From: a virus
Taxonomy: Duplodnaviria; Heunggongvirae; Uroviricota; Caudoviricetes
Direction: 5' to 3' (one strand)
DNA: 19,354 bases
Virus record (IMG/VR): IMGVR_UViG_2537561977_000019
Location: 1 to 19,354 of that record
The translations under genes were made by a program, and so were the position numbers. This document shows positions 8,174 to 15,829 of this stretch, one piece after another. Numbering within the stretch: position 1 is the first letter of the stretch; the number at the start of each line of letters is the position of its first letter. Under the pieces are notes generated by a model. That model was not told where the DNA came from, ran no database searches, and saw only the letters and a program-made list of their open reading frames with translations.

Positions 8174-8394
8174 GCTGCACCTCCGAGATGCTTCATGTTT
8201 TTTCCGGAGCGAAAGGCTATAAGCGGCATACTGACGCGGTAATTACGGCCCAGCGGTTCACAAATCACCTTCTGACATTCACGGTCAACCAGGCTAACAC
8301 GTAGAACATGCCCTGCAGGCGTGGTGTACCACTGACCCGGACGAGGACAACGGAAAGTCTGATTGGTAAAACGTTTGAAAATATTCCGGATCAT
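8170..8394 (-). CDS. Small hypothetical protein (74 aa), possibly DUF4222-like
   Basis: ATGA overlaps at both ends (8391-8394 and 8170-8173) place it in the coupled early-right operon. The family guess is from a weak motif memory only. Confidence 0.45.
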   Translation of the reverse strand: MIRNIFKRFTNQTFRCPRPGQWYTTPAGHVLRVSLVDRECQKVICEPLGRNYRVSMPLIAFRSGKNMKHLGGAA

Positions 8395-9554
8395 TTACGC
8401 CCCCTTACCTCTGAAGGGTTCAGCGACAAATTTATGAGACTGGCCAGTAGCGCCGCGTCGTTGATGCGGTCATACAGACTTACAGCCAGCGGGGATTCGG
8501 CTTTTGCCAACATGGGATAAAGCTGCTGCAGCCAGACCTGATGAATTGATGAAATGTAGGAATAGAGAACGCTGGCGTTATGTGCAACGTCGCTCAGTAC
8601 AGAGGGATTTGAAAGCTGTTTCTCCATCTGGTTAAAGGCATTGATGTATGCCTCTTTGAACCGGGCAGCACGTTTACCCGTGAAACCCATAGCAAGAAAC
8701 GCAAAGCCGTCGCGGGTTATTTGATAGCAAGGAAGTTTGCGAGTACCGCCGTTGGGCTGGCGTACCAAAATTGATGTCTCCGCAAAATTGCGGGCACAAA
8801 ACTCTGGAGAACAATCCAAAATGCGGATCTTTTTCAGAACATCGTCATGACGTTTAGAGAAGAAGTCAGCAACAGCCAAAGAAGATGTAACAGCCTGACC
8901 ATCAACGATGGCAATTTCAGGTTGAGAGAGGGTTGGGAGAGTAGTCATGGTGACAGCCCCGGTAGTCAGTTTTTTAGAAAACTCACCACATGGGACGCCA
9001 ATCACAGAGGTGGTGAGACGTACAGGGTTGGCGTTACCGGAGACTACCGAACCCGGCCCGACCGAAGTCGGCCCTGTACGCCCCACCATAATTTGGGCGT
9101 AGCAATGCTCATGACACGAAAAAACCGCATGAGCGCGGTTATGCTCAGTAATCAATTTCAGGACGCCAATCCCGGCACCCGTTTTATAAGGTGCCTGAAC
9201 AGTGTAACGTCCCGGAATGGCAGAATCAATGTGCTGGTGGTCCTTCACACTCAACAAAATCACGCCTGAATTTCCACAAAGGACTAAAGCACTCATGCGG
9301 GTAGTCTTTGCGAAGATAGATAACGCGCTGTGTTTCTGGCTCCCAACGAATAACATGAACATAAAGTCCTCTTCCGTCACGAAACCAGCGGTTAAGTTCC
9401 TGCACAACTCGCCCCCCACAGTCAGGTAAAGTTCTCTGTGGTTACTTACAGCCAGGTGATTTGGTAATCTGCATTCATGCCGTAACAACAGGTGTGCAGC
9501 GACACTGACCACCAGCTGTTGCGACAAACGGTTATTTGCCGTTAAACTGTTCAT
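8391..9554 (-). CDS. Rha-family regulatory-domain protein with a ~200-aa N-terminal extension of unknown function
   Basis: Residues ~205-330 match the Rha pattern (AVADFFSKRHDDVLKKIRIL ... RDGFAFLAMGFTGKRAARFKEAYINAFNQME). ATG at 9554 overlaps the upstream stop (ATGA) with a GGAG SD; the frame stays open for 387 codons. An internal ATG at 8948 would give an Rha-only protein. Confidence 0.6.
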   Translation of the reverse strand: MNSLTANNRLSQQLVVSVAAHLLLRHECRLPNHLAVSNHRELYLTVGGELCRNLTAGFVTEEDFMFMLFVGSQKHSALSIFAKTTRMSALVLCGNSGVILLSVKDHQHIDSAIPGRYTVQAPYKTGAGIGVLKLITEHNRAHAVFSCHEHCYAQIMVGRTGPTSVGPGSVVSGNANPVRLTTSVIGVPCGEFSKKLTTGAVTMTTLPTLSQPEIAIVDGQAVTSSLAVADFFSKRHDDVLKKIRILDCSPEFCARNFAETSILVRQPNGGTRKLPCYQITRDGFAFLAMGFTGKRAARFKEAYINAFNQMEKQLSNPSVLSDVAHNASVLYSYISSIHQVWLQQLYPMLAKAESPLAVSLYDRINDAALLASLINLSLNPSEVRGRK

Positions 9555-10135
9555 GCGTTAGTTTCTCCACAACCAGAAGCAATCGACGCCACGACGCCCG
9601 GAGCTGCACACTCGCGGGCGTTACTCTTTTCCGGCGCACAAAAAACACGAAATAACAGTGTTAAATGCTCCTGCCACTTCGCCATTACTTGGTAGCTGTT
9701 CTCTTCGATTTGCTCACGCTCAGCTTGGTCAATAACTCCATCAGCAGTTGCCTTGCGTAAGTACTGGGAATGCTTGCCAATCCATTCTATTGACTCCATC
9801 AGCCGCTGATTAATGTCACCATTGTCAATGTCATCAATGACCACCAGCGGCACAAACACCCCATTACTACGACGGGCTATTGCATCTGTTACATGCCTGG
9901 TACCACTGGCATCCTGTAAAACCATGGCCCACTCAAGTGGAAAAATTTGATCCCCACCGCTACGCAGTCTGTTATGCAATTGATCTTTTGCTGGGGTGAT
10001 ATCATCAGATTTATACAAACCAAGAATTTCTGCTGCTTCCTCATAGCCATGAGGTAAATCAGCAATCGTTCTTCGTATTGCTGCCACCAGCCATGCTGGT
10101 TGTTTATCAACTTTCCATTCAGGTTCTTTACCCAC
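9551..10135 (-). CDS. Regulator in the cII position (possibly YdaT-like), about 195 aa
   Basis: GTG at 10135 has a GAGGA SD 7 nt upstream and lies 28 nt after the cro stop. The ORF track's upstream ATGs (10246, 10213) have no SD and would overlap cro. Function is inferred from position only. Confidence 0.45.
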   Translation of the reverse strand: MGKEPEWKVDKQPAWLVAAIRRTIADLPHGYEEAAEILGLYKSDDITPAKDQLHNRLRSGGDQIFPLEWAMVLQDASGTRHVTDAIARRSNGVFVPLVVIDDIDNGDINQRLMESIEWIGKHSQYLRKATADGVIDQAEREQIEENSYQVMAKWQEHLTLLFRVFCAPEKSNARECAAPGVVASIASGCGETNA

Positions 10136-10163
10136 GGTTAATTCCTCATTTCTGTGGTTACGT

Positions 10164-10427
10164 TTACGCAGCTGAACCGCTAACTTTTGAATAGCACTCA
10201 GGTAATCCATCATTTGGATTGGGGTAAATATCAGGACGCAGTTCATGAGGGGTCACGGACCAGTTTCCCAACTCACAAAGTTGTAAAACCCGTTCTGACG
10301 GGACTTGATTGTTAATTACCCAATTAGCGACGGATTGAGTGGACTTAAAACCAAAGCGACGGGCTACTTCAGATAAAGATTTTCCCGCAGCTTTTACTGC
10401 TTTCTCTGTGTAGTTTTGAGATGACAT
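10164..10427 (-). CDS. Cro-like HTH regulator (YdaS-like)
   Basis: 87 aa with an HTH segment (LSEVARRFGFKSTQSVANWV), divergent from the CI-like gene; GAGGAG SD before the ATG at 10427. Confidence 0.75.
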   Translation of the reverse strand: MSSQNYTEKAVKAAGKSLSEVARRFGFKSTQSVANWVINNQVPSERVLQLCELGNWSVTPHELRPDIYPNPNDGLPECYSKVSGSAA

Positions 10428-10533
10428 ACCTTTCTCCTCTGAAATTCAGAGGGATAATGCTACTTAAAATAGCAAAATGCAACTACTTAAAATAGAAATG
10501 ACTAGCGTATGTGATGTGAGTAATCTTCTACCT
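10428..10533. promoter_or_regulatory. Immunity-region operator/promoter interval (OR with divergent pR and pRM)
   Basis: 106-bp interval between divergent cro-like and cI-like starts. Contains two exact 13-bp direct repeats CTACTTAAAATAG (10460-10472, 10483-10495). Minus strand carries TTGCAT-17-CATTAT as a pR-like element. Confidence 0.5.
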
Positions 10534-11238
10534 ATGGTAGAAGAACAGAAGTATCCAGATTTCGCCAAGAGACTAAACGAGCTAATGACAAACAAGGGAA
10601 TTTCTGTCACCCAACTCAAAAGTCTTGTGGGCGTTACATATGAAATGGCGCGGCGATACACAATCGGCGCTGCGAAGCCTCGTGCCTCTGTCATGAATAA
10701 ACTTGCATTGGCTCTGGGGGTATCAGCTTCATATTTAGAATATGGTGTTGGCGAGAGAGAAGGATGTAAGGAAATGACAAGCATCCCCAATCCAACAAAA
10801 CCCGATGTATACAGGATAGAAGTTTTGGATCTTAGCGTTAGCGCAGGACCTGGGACCTATATGCTTTCAGACTATGTTGATGTGCTCTACGCCATTGAGT
10901 TCACAACAGAACATGCCCGTTCTCTTTTCGGCAACCGTTCTCAGGATGATATTAAGGTTATGACTGTAAATGGCGATAGTATGTCCCCTACTCTCGTTTC
11001 CGGAGACCGACTGTTTGTCGACATTTCTGTTCGTCACTTCCAGACTGATGGAGTTTACTCTTTCGTTTACGGTAAGACTTTTCATGTCAAACGTCTTCAA
11101 ATGCAAGGTGACAAGCTAGCCGTTCTTTCGGATAACCCCGCCTATGAGAAATGGTATATCGATGAAAAATCGCAGGATCAGCTTTATGTAATGGGCAAGG
11201 CGTTGATTCACGAATCTATAAAATACAACCGATTGTAA
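10534..11238 (+). CDS. CI-like prophage repressor (HTH plus S24 LexA-like peptidase domain)
   Basis: N-terminal HTH (FAKRLNELMTNKGISVTQLKSLVG) and C-terminal S24 motifs (VNGDSMSPTL ... GDRLFVD ... KRL). Start is uncertain: in-frame ATGs at 10477, 10498 and 10534, none with an SD, consistent with a leaderless pRM transcript. Confidence 0.8.
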   Translation: MVEEQKYPDFAKRLNELMTNKGISVTQLKSLVGVTYEMARRYTIGAAKPRASVMNKLALALGVSASYLEYGVGEREGCKEMTSIPNPTKPDVYRIEVLDLSVSAGPGTYMLSDYVDVLYAIEFTTEHARSLFGNRSQDDIKVMTVNGDSMSPTLVSGDRLFVDISVRHFQTDGVYSFVYGKTFHVKRLQMQGDKLAVLSDNPAYEKWYIDEKSQDQLYVMGKALIHESIKYNRL

Positions 11239-11282
11239 AACTCAATCCTTTCAGGATTAAAAGATCTAAAAGGATAATAATA

Positions 11283-11690
11283 ATGAAATCTGAACTATTT
11301 CATAACGAAGCAAATTCAGAAATTATCACCGCAGATGAGTTTATTGATTTCATAAACTCTTTCAAAAAGCCTTTAATTTGCCAAATTTGCGGAAATCAAT
11401 CATGGAGTGTAGTCGGTACTCTAGAACTTGAAGTTGAAGACAATCAGCCAAAACATCACGTAATCGAAGTTCTCAGCTATGCCCAATACAAACCTGAAAC
11501 TGATAGCGCTATAAATTATCCTGGTGGTATGCCGCTGTTTCGAATCACCTGTGATCACTGTGCACATGTACTTCTTTTTTCTTATAAAAAAGCTAGATCA
11601 TTGATCCAAAAAAGAAAAATGAAAAAGAAGAGGATGGGAAATGACGCGACCTTATCTCAGAGCAGTACCAAACTGTGGATCTGGTATTGA
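11283..11690 (+). CDS. Hypothetical Zn-ribbon protein (135 aa) in an AT-rich cassette co-oriented with cI
   Basis: ATG at 11283 with an AAGGA SD, 45 nt after the cI stop. Two CxxC pairs (CQICGN and CDHC) and a basic C-terminus. AT-rich composition by eye. Confidence 0.55.
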   Translation: MKSELFHNEANSEIITADEFIDFINSFKKPLICQICGNQSWSVVGTLELEVEDNQPKHHVIEVLSYAQYKPETDSAINYPGGMPLFRITCDHCAHVLLFSYKKARSLIQKRKMKKKRMGNDATLSQSSTKLWIWY

Positions 11691-12273
11691 TAAGTGTGAC
11701 CTTTACCCCAATGTTAAGAACAGGCTGCGCGTCGGTATAGAAGAAATGTATACTGATTTTATCGAATCCGCAGATGAAACTTACAAAACTGATGGGGGAA
11801 ATAAAATGTCATCAGTTAGTCGAGAAGAAATTCAAGCACTTTTAGCTGCCAATAAAGCAGAAATGGAGTCCATTGCATCCTCTATTAGAGTTGAAATGGC
11901 TTTATCTCGCGAGAACACAAACGTTCAGCTAGCATCTCTAAATTCAGCCATCAATTCTATCTCTTCGAAAATCGAAGGCAAAATGGACAGTGTTGACGGG
12001 GATGTGAAGGCCATCAATGGTAGATTCGAAGGTATACAAGGCCAAATTACTGGAATAAATACAGCCATTAGTGGTATTCAATCTGGAATTTCTACCAGAC
12101 TTGCTATTTTTGGAGTTATCATTGCGGTCATAGTTGCATTACCTAGCATAATTTCTGCTTTTAAAGATACTTCGCCAGTAGTTCAACCAGTTACACAACA
12201 ACCAAGTGTTAAACATCTCAACCAAGAACCAATTACTCCACAAGTATTACCTCCGCAGGGAAAAGCAAACTAA
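11641..12273 (+). CDS. Hypothetical coiled-coil protein with a single C-terminal transmembrane helix
   Basis: Two candidate starts, each with a good SD: 11641 (GAGGA, overlaps the previous ORF by 50 nt) and 11806 (GGGGGA). Heptad-like Ser/Ile/Gly repeats, then LAIFGVIIAVIVALPSIISAF and a Pro/Gln-rich tail. Confidence 0.55.
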   Translation: MTRPYLRAVPNCGSGIDKCDLYPNVKNRLRVGIEEMYTDFIESADETYKTDGGNKMSSVSREEIQALLAANKAEMESIASSIRVEMALSRENTNVQLASLNSAINSISSKIEGKMDSVDGDVKAINGRFEGIQGQITGINTAISGIQSGISTRLAIFGVIIAVIVALPSIISAFKDTSPVVQPVTQQPSVKHLNQEPITPQVLPPQGKAN

Positions 12274-12297
12274 ACCGGCTTTATGCCGGTTTTTTTC
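12274..12297 (+). terminator. Intrinsic terminator ending the cI-linked cassette
   Basis: Stem ACCGGC (12274-12279) / GCCGGT (12285-12290), loop TTTAT, followed by TTTTTTC. Confidence 0.75.
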
Positions 12298-12399
12298 TAT
12301 ACAAACGCCCCCTCTTTGTCTTGAATCACATCACAACACATTTAAAAAACATTTTAAATTCAAAGCATTAAACGCATCAACGCATATCAAACAAATTAT

Positions 12400-12448
12400 C
12401 TACTTTTAGTTGTTGATTTTTGCTACTTTTGGTAGCAGAATTATTTTA
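12400..12448 (+). promoter_or_regulatory. Candidate pL/OL: plus-strand promoter overlapping operator-like sites
   Basis: TTGCTA (12420-12425), 16-nt spacer, TATTTT (12442-12447). Overlaps CTACTTTTGGTAG (12423-12435) and sits next to CTACTTTTAG (12400-12409), both sharing the CTACTT...TAG ends of the OR repeats. Confidence 0.4.
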
Positions 12449-12520
12449 ACGACAACGAACAGGCAGGACGCCCACGAAGTAGCCGCCTGGGGCATATGAA
12501 GTCCAGGATGATTCGTTAGC

Positions 12521-12547
12521 AACAAAAAAGCGCCCTACAGGACGCTT
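12521..12547 (-). terminator. Intrinsic terminator for the convergent minus-strand gene
   Basis: Stem AAGCG / CGCTT with a 10-nt loop, followed on the minus strand by TTTTTTGT. Confidence 0.45.
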
Positions 12548-12585
12548 AGCTCTTTAACAATCTGGATATCCACAACAGTAGTAAT

Positions 12586-13077
12586 CTACAGATTGCCGTT
12601 AAGTTTTCTGGACAACTCCTCAATGGATGGAGGCGATACGTAATCCGGATTTTTATTCATCAGAAACTTATTTTCACAGTGGAGGCACCTGCTTTTATGA
12701 AAAAGCTCATCTTCGCTAACCGGGAATGGTTGAAGTATCGATACTATCTTTTGTCCAAAACATTTTGGGCAAAGATGCATGGTTATGCTGCCACCGTTCA
12801 CGATTACCTCCTTCGAGTATACAAAAGTACCCGACTCAAGTTGGTTAAGGATATAGCCTTCCGTCTGAGCCTCAAAGTTTTCGAATTCTGCAATTTTAGC
12901 TTTGAGAGAAGCATTTATTTCTTGATAAGAGCCCACCAGTTCAACGAGAGACACGCATTCGCGCTGAATAGACGCAAGCTTTGAGTTCAGCTCACCAATA
13001 GCCGCATTTACTTCAGCTTGAGTTTTTGCCTCGTTCATTAGTTTTGCAATCTGGGCTGTTTCACGAATAGCCGTCAT
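12586..13077 (-). CDS. Hypothetical coiled-coil protein with a C-terminal Zn-ribbon (about 163 aa)
   Basis: AT-rich ORF convergent on the cI cassette. Likely start ATG 13077 or GTG 13101 (AAGAG SD); the longer ORF-track N-terminus is Arg/Pro-rich and judged non-coding. C-terminus HLCPKCFGQ ... CLHCENKF. Confidence 0.5.
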   Translation of the reverse strand: MTAIRETAQIAKLMNEAKTQAEVNAAIGELNSKLASIQRECVSLVELVGSYQEINASLKAKIAEFENFEAQTEGYILNQLESGTFVYSKEVIVNGGSITMHLCPKCFGQKIVSILQPFPVSEDELFHKSRCLHCENKFLMNKNPDYVSPPSIEELSRKLNGNL

Positions 13078-13115
13078 TGCTGCCGTTAATTCAGCGATCA
13101 CATTGAATACTCTTA

Positions 13116-13169
13116 TTGTTGTTGGGGATATCCAGATTAACCGAATCCTTGTTGTTGGGGAATAACCAG
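13116..13169. repeat. Tandem direct repeat TTGTTGTTGGGGA-TA-CCAG (two copies)
   Basis: 13116-13135 TTGTTGTTGGGGATATCCAG and 13149-13169 TTGTTGTTGGGGAATAACCAG, just upstream of the minus-strand gene start. Confidence 0.4.
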
Positions 13170-13388
13170 GTCCACCTCGCCTGATGTGGCTAAAAGCAGG
13201 CACATAACAGCTAAGTATTTTCAACCAGAGAGAATCCTTAGCGTTGTGGTGAATGCGGCTCAGCGCACGCGGGTTAAGGTTGAGGCTGACAGTCGACCTT
13301 CTGTGGATACCCACCCGTCTGGTGTGCAACCTTCGCCAGGCACCGGGAGGCACCCGGCACCACAACTTTATGCTGTGTGTAGTCCTGG

Positions 13389-13433
13389 CGGTACCAGTTT
13401 GTACCCTTGCTTCCGGCTGGTACCGTCCTTTTT
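13389..13433 (+). terminator. Terminator-like hairpin with T-tract in the early-left leader
   Basis: 9-bp arms CGGTACCAG (13389-13397) / CTGGTACCG (13417-13425), then TCCTTTTT. About 140 nt upstream of the first early-left gene. Confidence 0.4.
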
Positions 13434-13570
13434 ACAAAACAGAGAAGAGCATCACCGGACGACGGGCTCATAACCCAATCCATCCGGGCGGCTGCCACCG
13501 CAGGTGTTCTTCTCTGTTTTGTGGAGAAACCAACCGGCCTTGCAGGGTCGATATGATGAGGAGCAGCAAA

Positions 13571-13933
13571 ATGGCTAGCGAACGCAGTACTGATGTGCAG
13601 GCATTTATCGGGGAGTTGGACGGCGGCGTATTTGAAACCAAAATCGGCGCAGTTCTCAGTGAAGTCGCTTCAGGTGTGATGAACACGAAAACCAAAGGTA
13701 AGGTCTCACTCAACCTGGAAATCGAACCATTTGATGAGAACCGTGTGAAAATCAAACACAAACTCTCATATGTTCGCCCGACTAACCGCGGGAAAATTTC
13801 CGAAGAAGACACCACCGAAACGCCGATGTATGTCAATCGCGGTGGTCGCCTGACTATTCTGCAGGAAGACCAGGGACAATTACTGACTCTTGCCGGTGAA
13901 CCTGACGGAAAACTCCGCGCAGCAGGTCATTAA
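13571..13933 (+). CDS. Hypothetical early-left protein, YfdP-like (about 120 aa)
   Basis: ATG 13571 with a GAGGAG SD; the longer ORF-track N-terminus is GC-rich leader. Family name is a tentative match based on size and gene order. Confidence 0.5.
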   Translation: MASERSTDVQAFIGELDGGVFETKIGAVLSEVASGVMNTKTKGKVSLNLEIEPFDENRVKIKHKLSYVRPTNRGKISEEDTTETPMYVNRGGRLTILQEDQGQLLTLAGEPDGKLRAAGH

Positions 13934-13998
13934 TATCGTTCTTAATTAACCGATTATTTATCTCATCACTGAATATCTTTATATAGTGAGGACTTATT

Positions 13999-14823
13999 AT
14001 GTCTCAGAACTTAGACGCAACCGCAATTAATCAAATCCATGCCCTTATTTCTGCTCAGGGTGTTAATGAAATTATCAGTAAGATTGGTGCCGATGCTGTG
14101 GCATTACCTGAAAATTTCCGCATTCATGATCTGGAAAAATTTAATTTAAATCGCTTCCGTTTCCGTGGTGCGCTTTCCACTGCCAGCATCGATGACTTTA
14201 CCCGTTATTCTAAAGATCTTGCAGATGAAGGCACCCGCTGCTTTATCGATGCCGATAATATGCGTGCCGTCAGTGTGCTTAACCTGGGTACTATTGATGA
14301 ACCAGGTCACGCAGATAACACTGCCACTCTCAAACTGAAAAAGACAGCACCGTTCTCTGCTCTGTTGTCTGTTAACGGCGAGCGTAACTCCCAGAAGTCA
14401 CTGGCAGAATGGATTGAAGACTGGGCCGACTACCTTGTGGGCTTTGATGCTAATGGTGACGCCATTCAGGCAACCAAAGCGGCTGCGGCGATCCGTAAAA
14501 TCACAATTGAAGCGAACCAGACCGCTGATTTTGAAGATAATGACTTCAGCGGCAAACGCTCCCTGATGGAGTCTGTCGAAGCGAAGACCAAAGACATTAT
14601 GCCTGTGGCATTTGAATTTAAATGCGTTCCGTTTGAAGGTCTGAAAGAACGTCCGTTTAAATTACGCCTCAGCATTATCACTGGCGATCGTCCTGTACTG
14701 GTTCTGCGCATTATTCAGCTGGAAGCGATGCAGGAAGAAATGGCTAACGAATTTCGTGATCTGCTTGTTGAGAAATTCAAAGACAGCAAAGTAGAAACCT
14801 TTATTGGTACTTTCACCGCCTGA
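13999..14823 (+). CDS. YfdQ-like (DUF2303) protein, 274 aa
   Basis: ATG 13999 with a GAGGA SD. Size and neighbours (HD-domain gene next) resemble the yfdPQRS prophage block; family recalled, not computed. Confidence 0.6.
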   Translation: MSQNLDATAINQIHALISAQGVNEIISKIGADAVALPENFRIHDLEKFNLNRFRFRGALSTASIDDFTRYSKDLADEGTRCFIDADNMRAVSVLNLGTIDEPGHADNTATLKLKKTAPFSALLSVNGERNSQKSLAEWIEDWADYLVGFDANGDAIQATKAAAAIRKITIEANQTADFEDNDFSGKRSLMESVEAKTKDIMPVAFEFKCVPFEGLKERPFKLRLSIITGDRPVLVLRIIQLEAMQEEMANEFRDLLVEKFKDSKVETFIGTFTA

Positions 14824-14951
14824 TTTCATTACTGCAAATGCCCCTGCGGGGGCATTTATGGAAACGTAATTAACTCAATAATCACCGGATGGTGAGAGCT
14901 TCCTTTTAGCAGAATTCAGCGCGGTGCAGCGCATATAAAGTGGAGAACGAA

Positions 14952-15488
14952 ATGTCATTTATTAAAACTTTTTCCGGGAAGCATTTTTATTATGACAAGA
15001 TAAATAAAGACGACATCGTGATTAACGATATCGCAGTTTCCCTTTCAAATATCTGTCGCTTTGCAGGACATCTTTCACACTTCTACAGTGTCGCCCAGCA
15101 TGCGGTGCTTTGCAGCCAGCTGGTGCCGCAGGAATTTGCTTTTGAAGCGTTAATGCATGATGCAACAGAAGCATATTGCCAAGACATCCCCGCGCCACTG
15201 AAACGACTTCTTCCTGACTATAAACGGATGGAAGAAAAAATAGACGCCGTAATCCGTGAGAAATACGGGTTACCTCCTGTTATGAGCACGCCAGTGAAAT
15301 ATGCCGATCTCATTATGCTGGCAACCGAACGCCGTGATCTCGGGCTTGATGATGGCTCTTTCTGGCCTGTTCTGGAAGGTATCCCGGCAACAGAGATGTT
15401 CAAAGTTATTCCACTGTCGCCAGGCCATGCCTATGGGATGTTTATGGAGCGTTTTAACGAGTTATCGGAGTTACGCAAATGCGCATGA
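14952..15488 (+). CDS. HD-domain phosphohydrolase (YfdR-like 5'-deoxynucleotidase)
   Basis: HD-domain metal ligands (FAGHLSHFYSVAQHAVL ... LMHDATEAY). ATG 14952 with a GGAG SD gives 178 aa. Confidence 0.7.
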   Translation: MSFIKTFSGKHFYYDKINKDDIVINDIAVSLSNICRFAGHLSHFYSVAQHAVLCSQLVPQEFAFEALMHDATEAYCQDIPAPLKRLLPDYKRMEEKIDAVIREKYGLPPVMSTPVKYADLIMLATERRDLGLDDGSFWPVLEGIPATEMFKVIPLSPGHAYGMFMERFNELSELRKCA

Positions 15489-15829
15489 ATGTTTTCGAAA
15501 TGGAAGGGTTTCTTCGCGGGAAATGTGTACCGCGAGATCTGAAAGTGAATGAAACAAATGCTGAGTATCTGGTGCGTAAATTCGATGAAGTACGTGCTGA
15601 GGCTCGCAACGAGGGTATTAACTATACCGCAAGCCGTCTTGCTGCTGCTTTCAATCACGGATTTATCAATAAGCCTTTGGCTGAAGTTTTCGACGTTACA
15701 CGCATGATTCTGTCAGCAAAAGAAGAGTTAGCTAATGAATCGCATCCGATTGATGGCCTGTCCGGTGAATATGCAGAGAAATCCCTTGAAGAATGGGCGG
15801 AACGGCTTCGCAAAGGAGGCAGCCAGTGA
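15485..15829 (+). CDS. Hypothetical protein, YfdS-like (about 114 aa)
   Basis: ATG 15485 overlaps the upstream stop (ATGA); an alternative ATG lies at 15479. No motif recognised. Confidence 0.5.
   Translation: MNVFEMEGFLRGKCVPRDLKVNETNAEYLVRKFDEVRAEARNEGINYTASRLAAAFNHGFINKPLAEVFDVTRMILSAKEELANESHPIDGLSGEYAEKSLEEWAERLRKGGSQ

Noticed and set aside
8847-9269. 140-codon plus-strand ORF inside the Rha-fusion gene
   Set aside because: Antisense to a frame supported by coupling and an SD; its translation is Arg-rich and lacks secondary-structure-like patterning.
13078-13365. N-terminal extension of the minus-strand coiled-coil gene (ORF track start 13365)
   Set aside because: The extension is Arg/Pro-rich, spans the direct-repeat region and has no start-site support; ATG 13077 or GTG 13101 is more plausible.
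13253-13570. Long N-terminal extension of the YfdP-like ORF (ORF track start 13253)
   Set aside because: The extension covers the GC-rich structured leader and reads as Arg/Cys/Pro-rich junk; a good SD (GAGGAG) precedes the internal ATG at 13571.
14836-14857. Hairpin AAATGCCCC-TGCG-GGGGCATTT after the YfdQ-like gene as a terminator
   Set aside because: The 9-bp stem is perfect but is not followed by a U-tract, and the HD-domain gene starts about 95 nt downstream in the same operon; more likely an RNA stability or processing element than a terminator.
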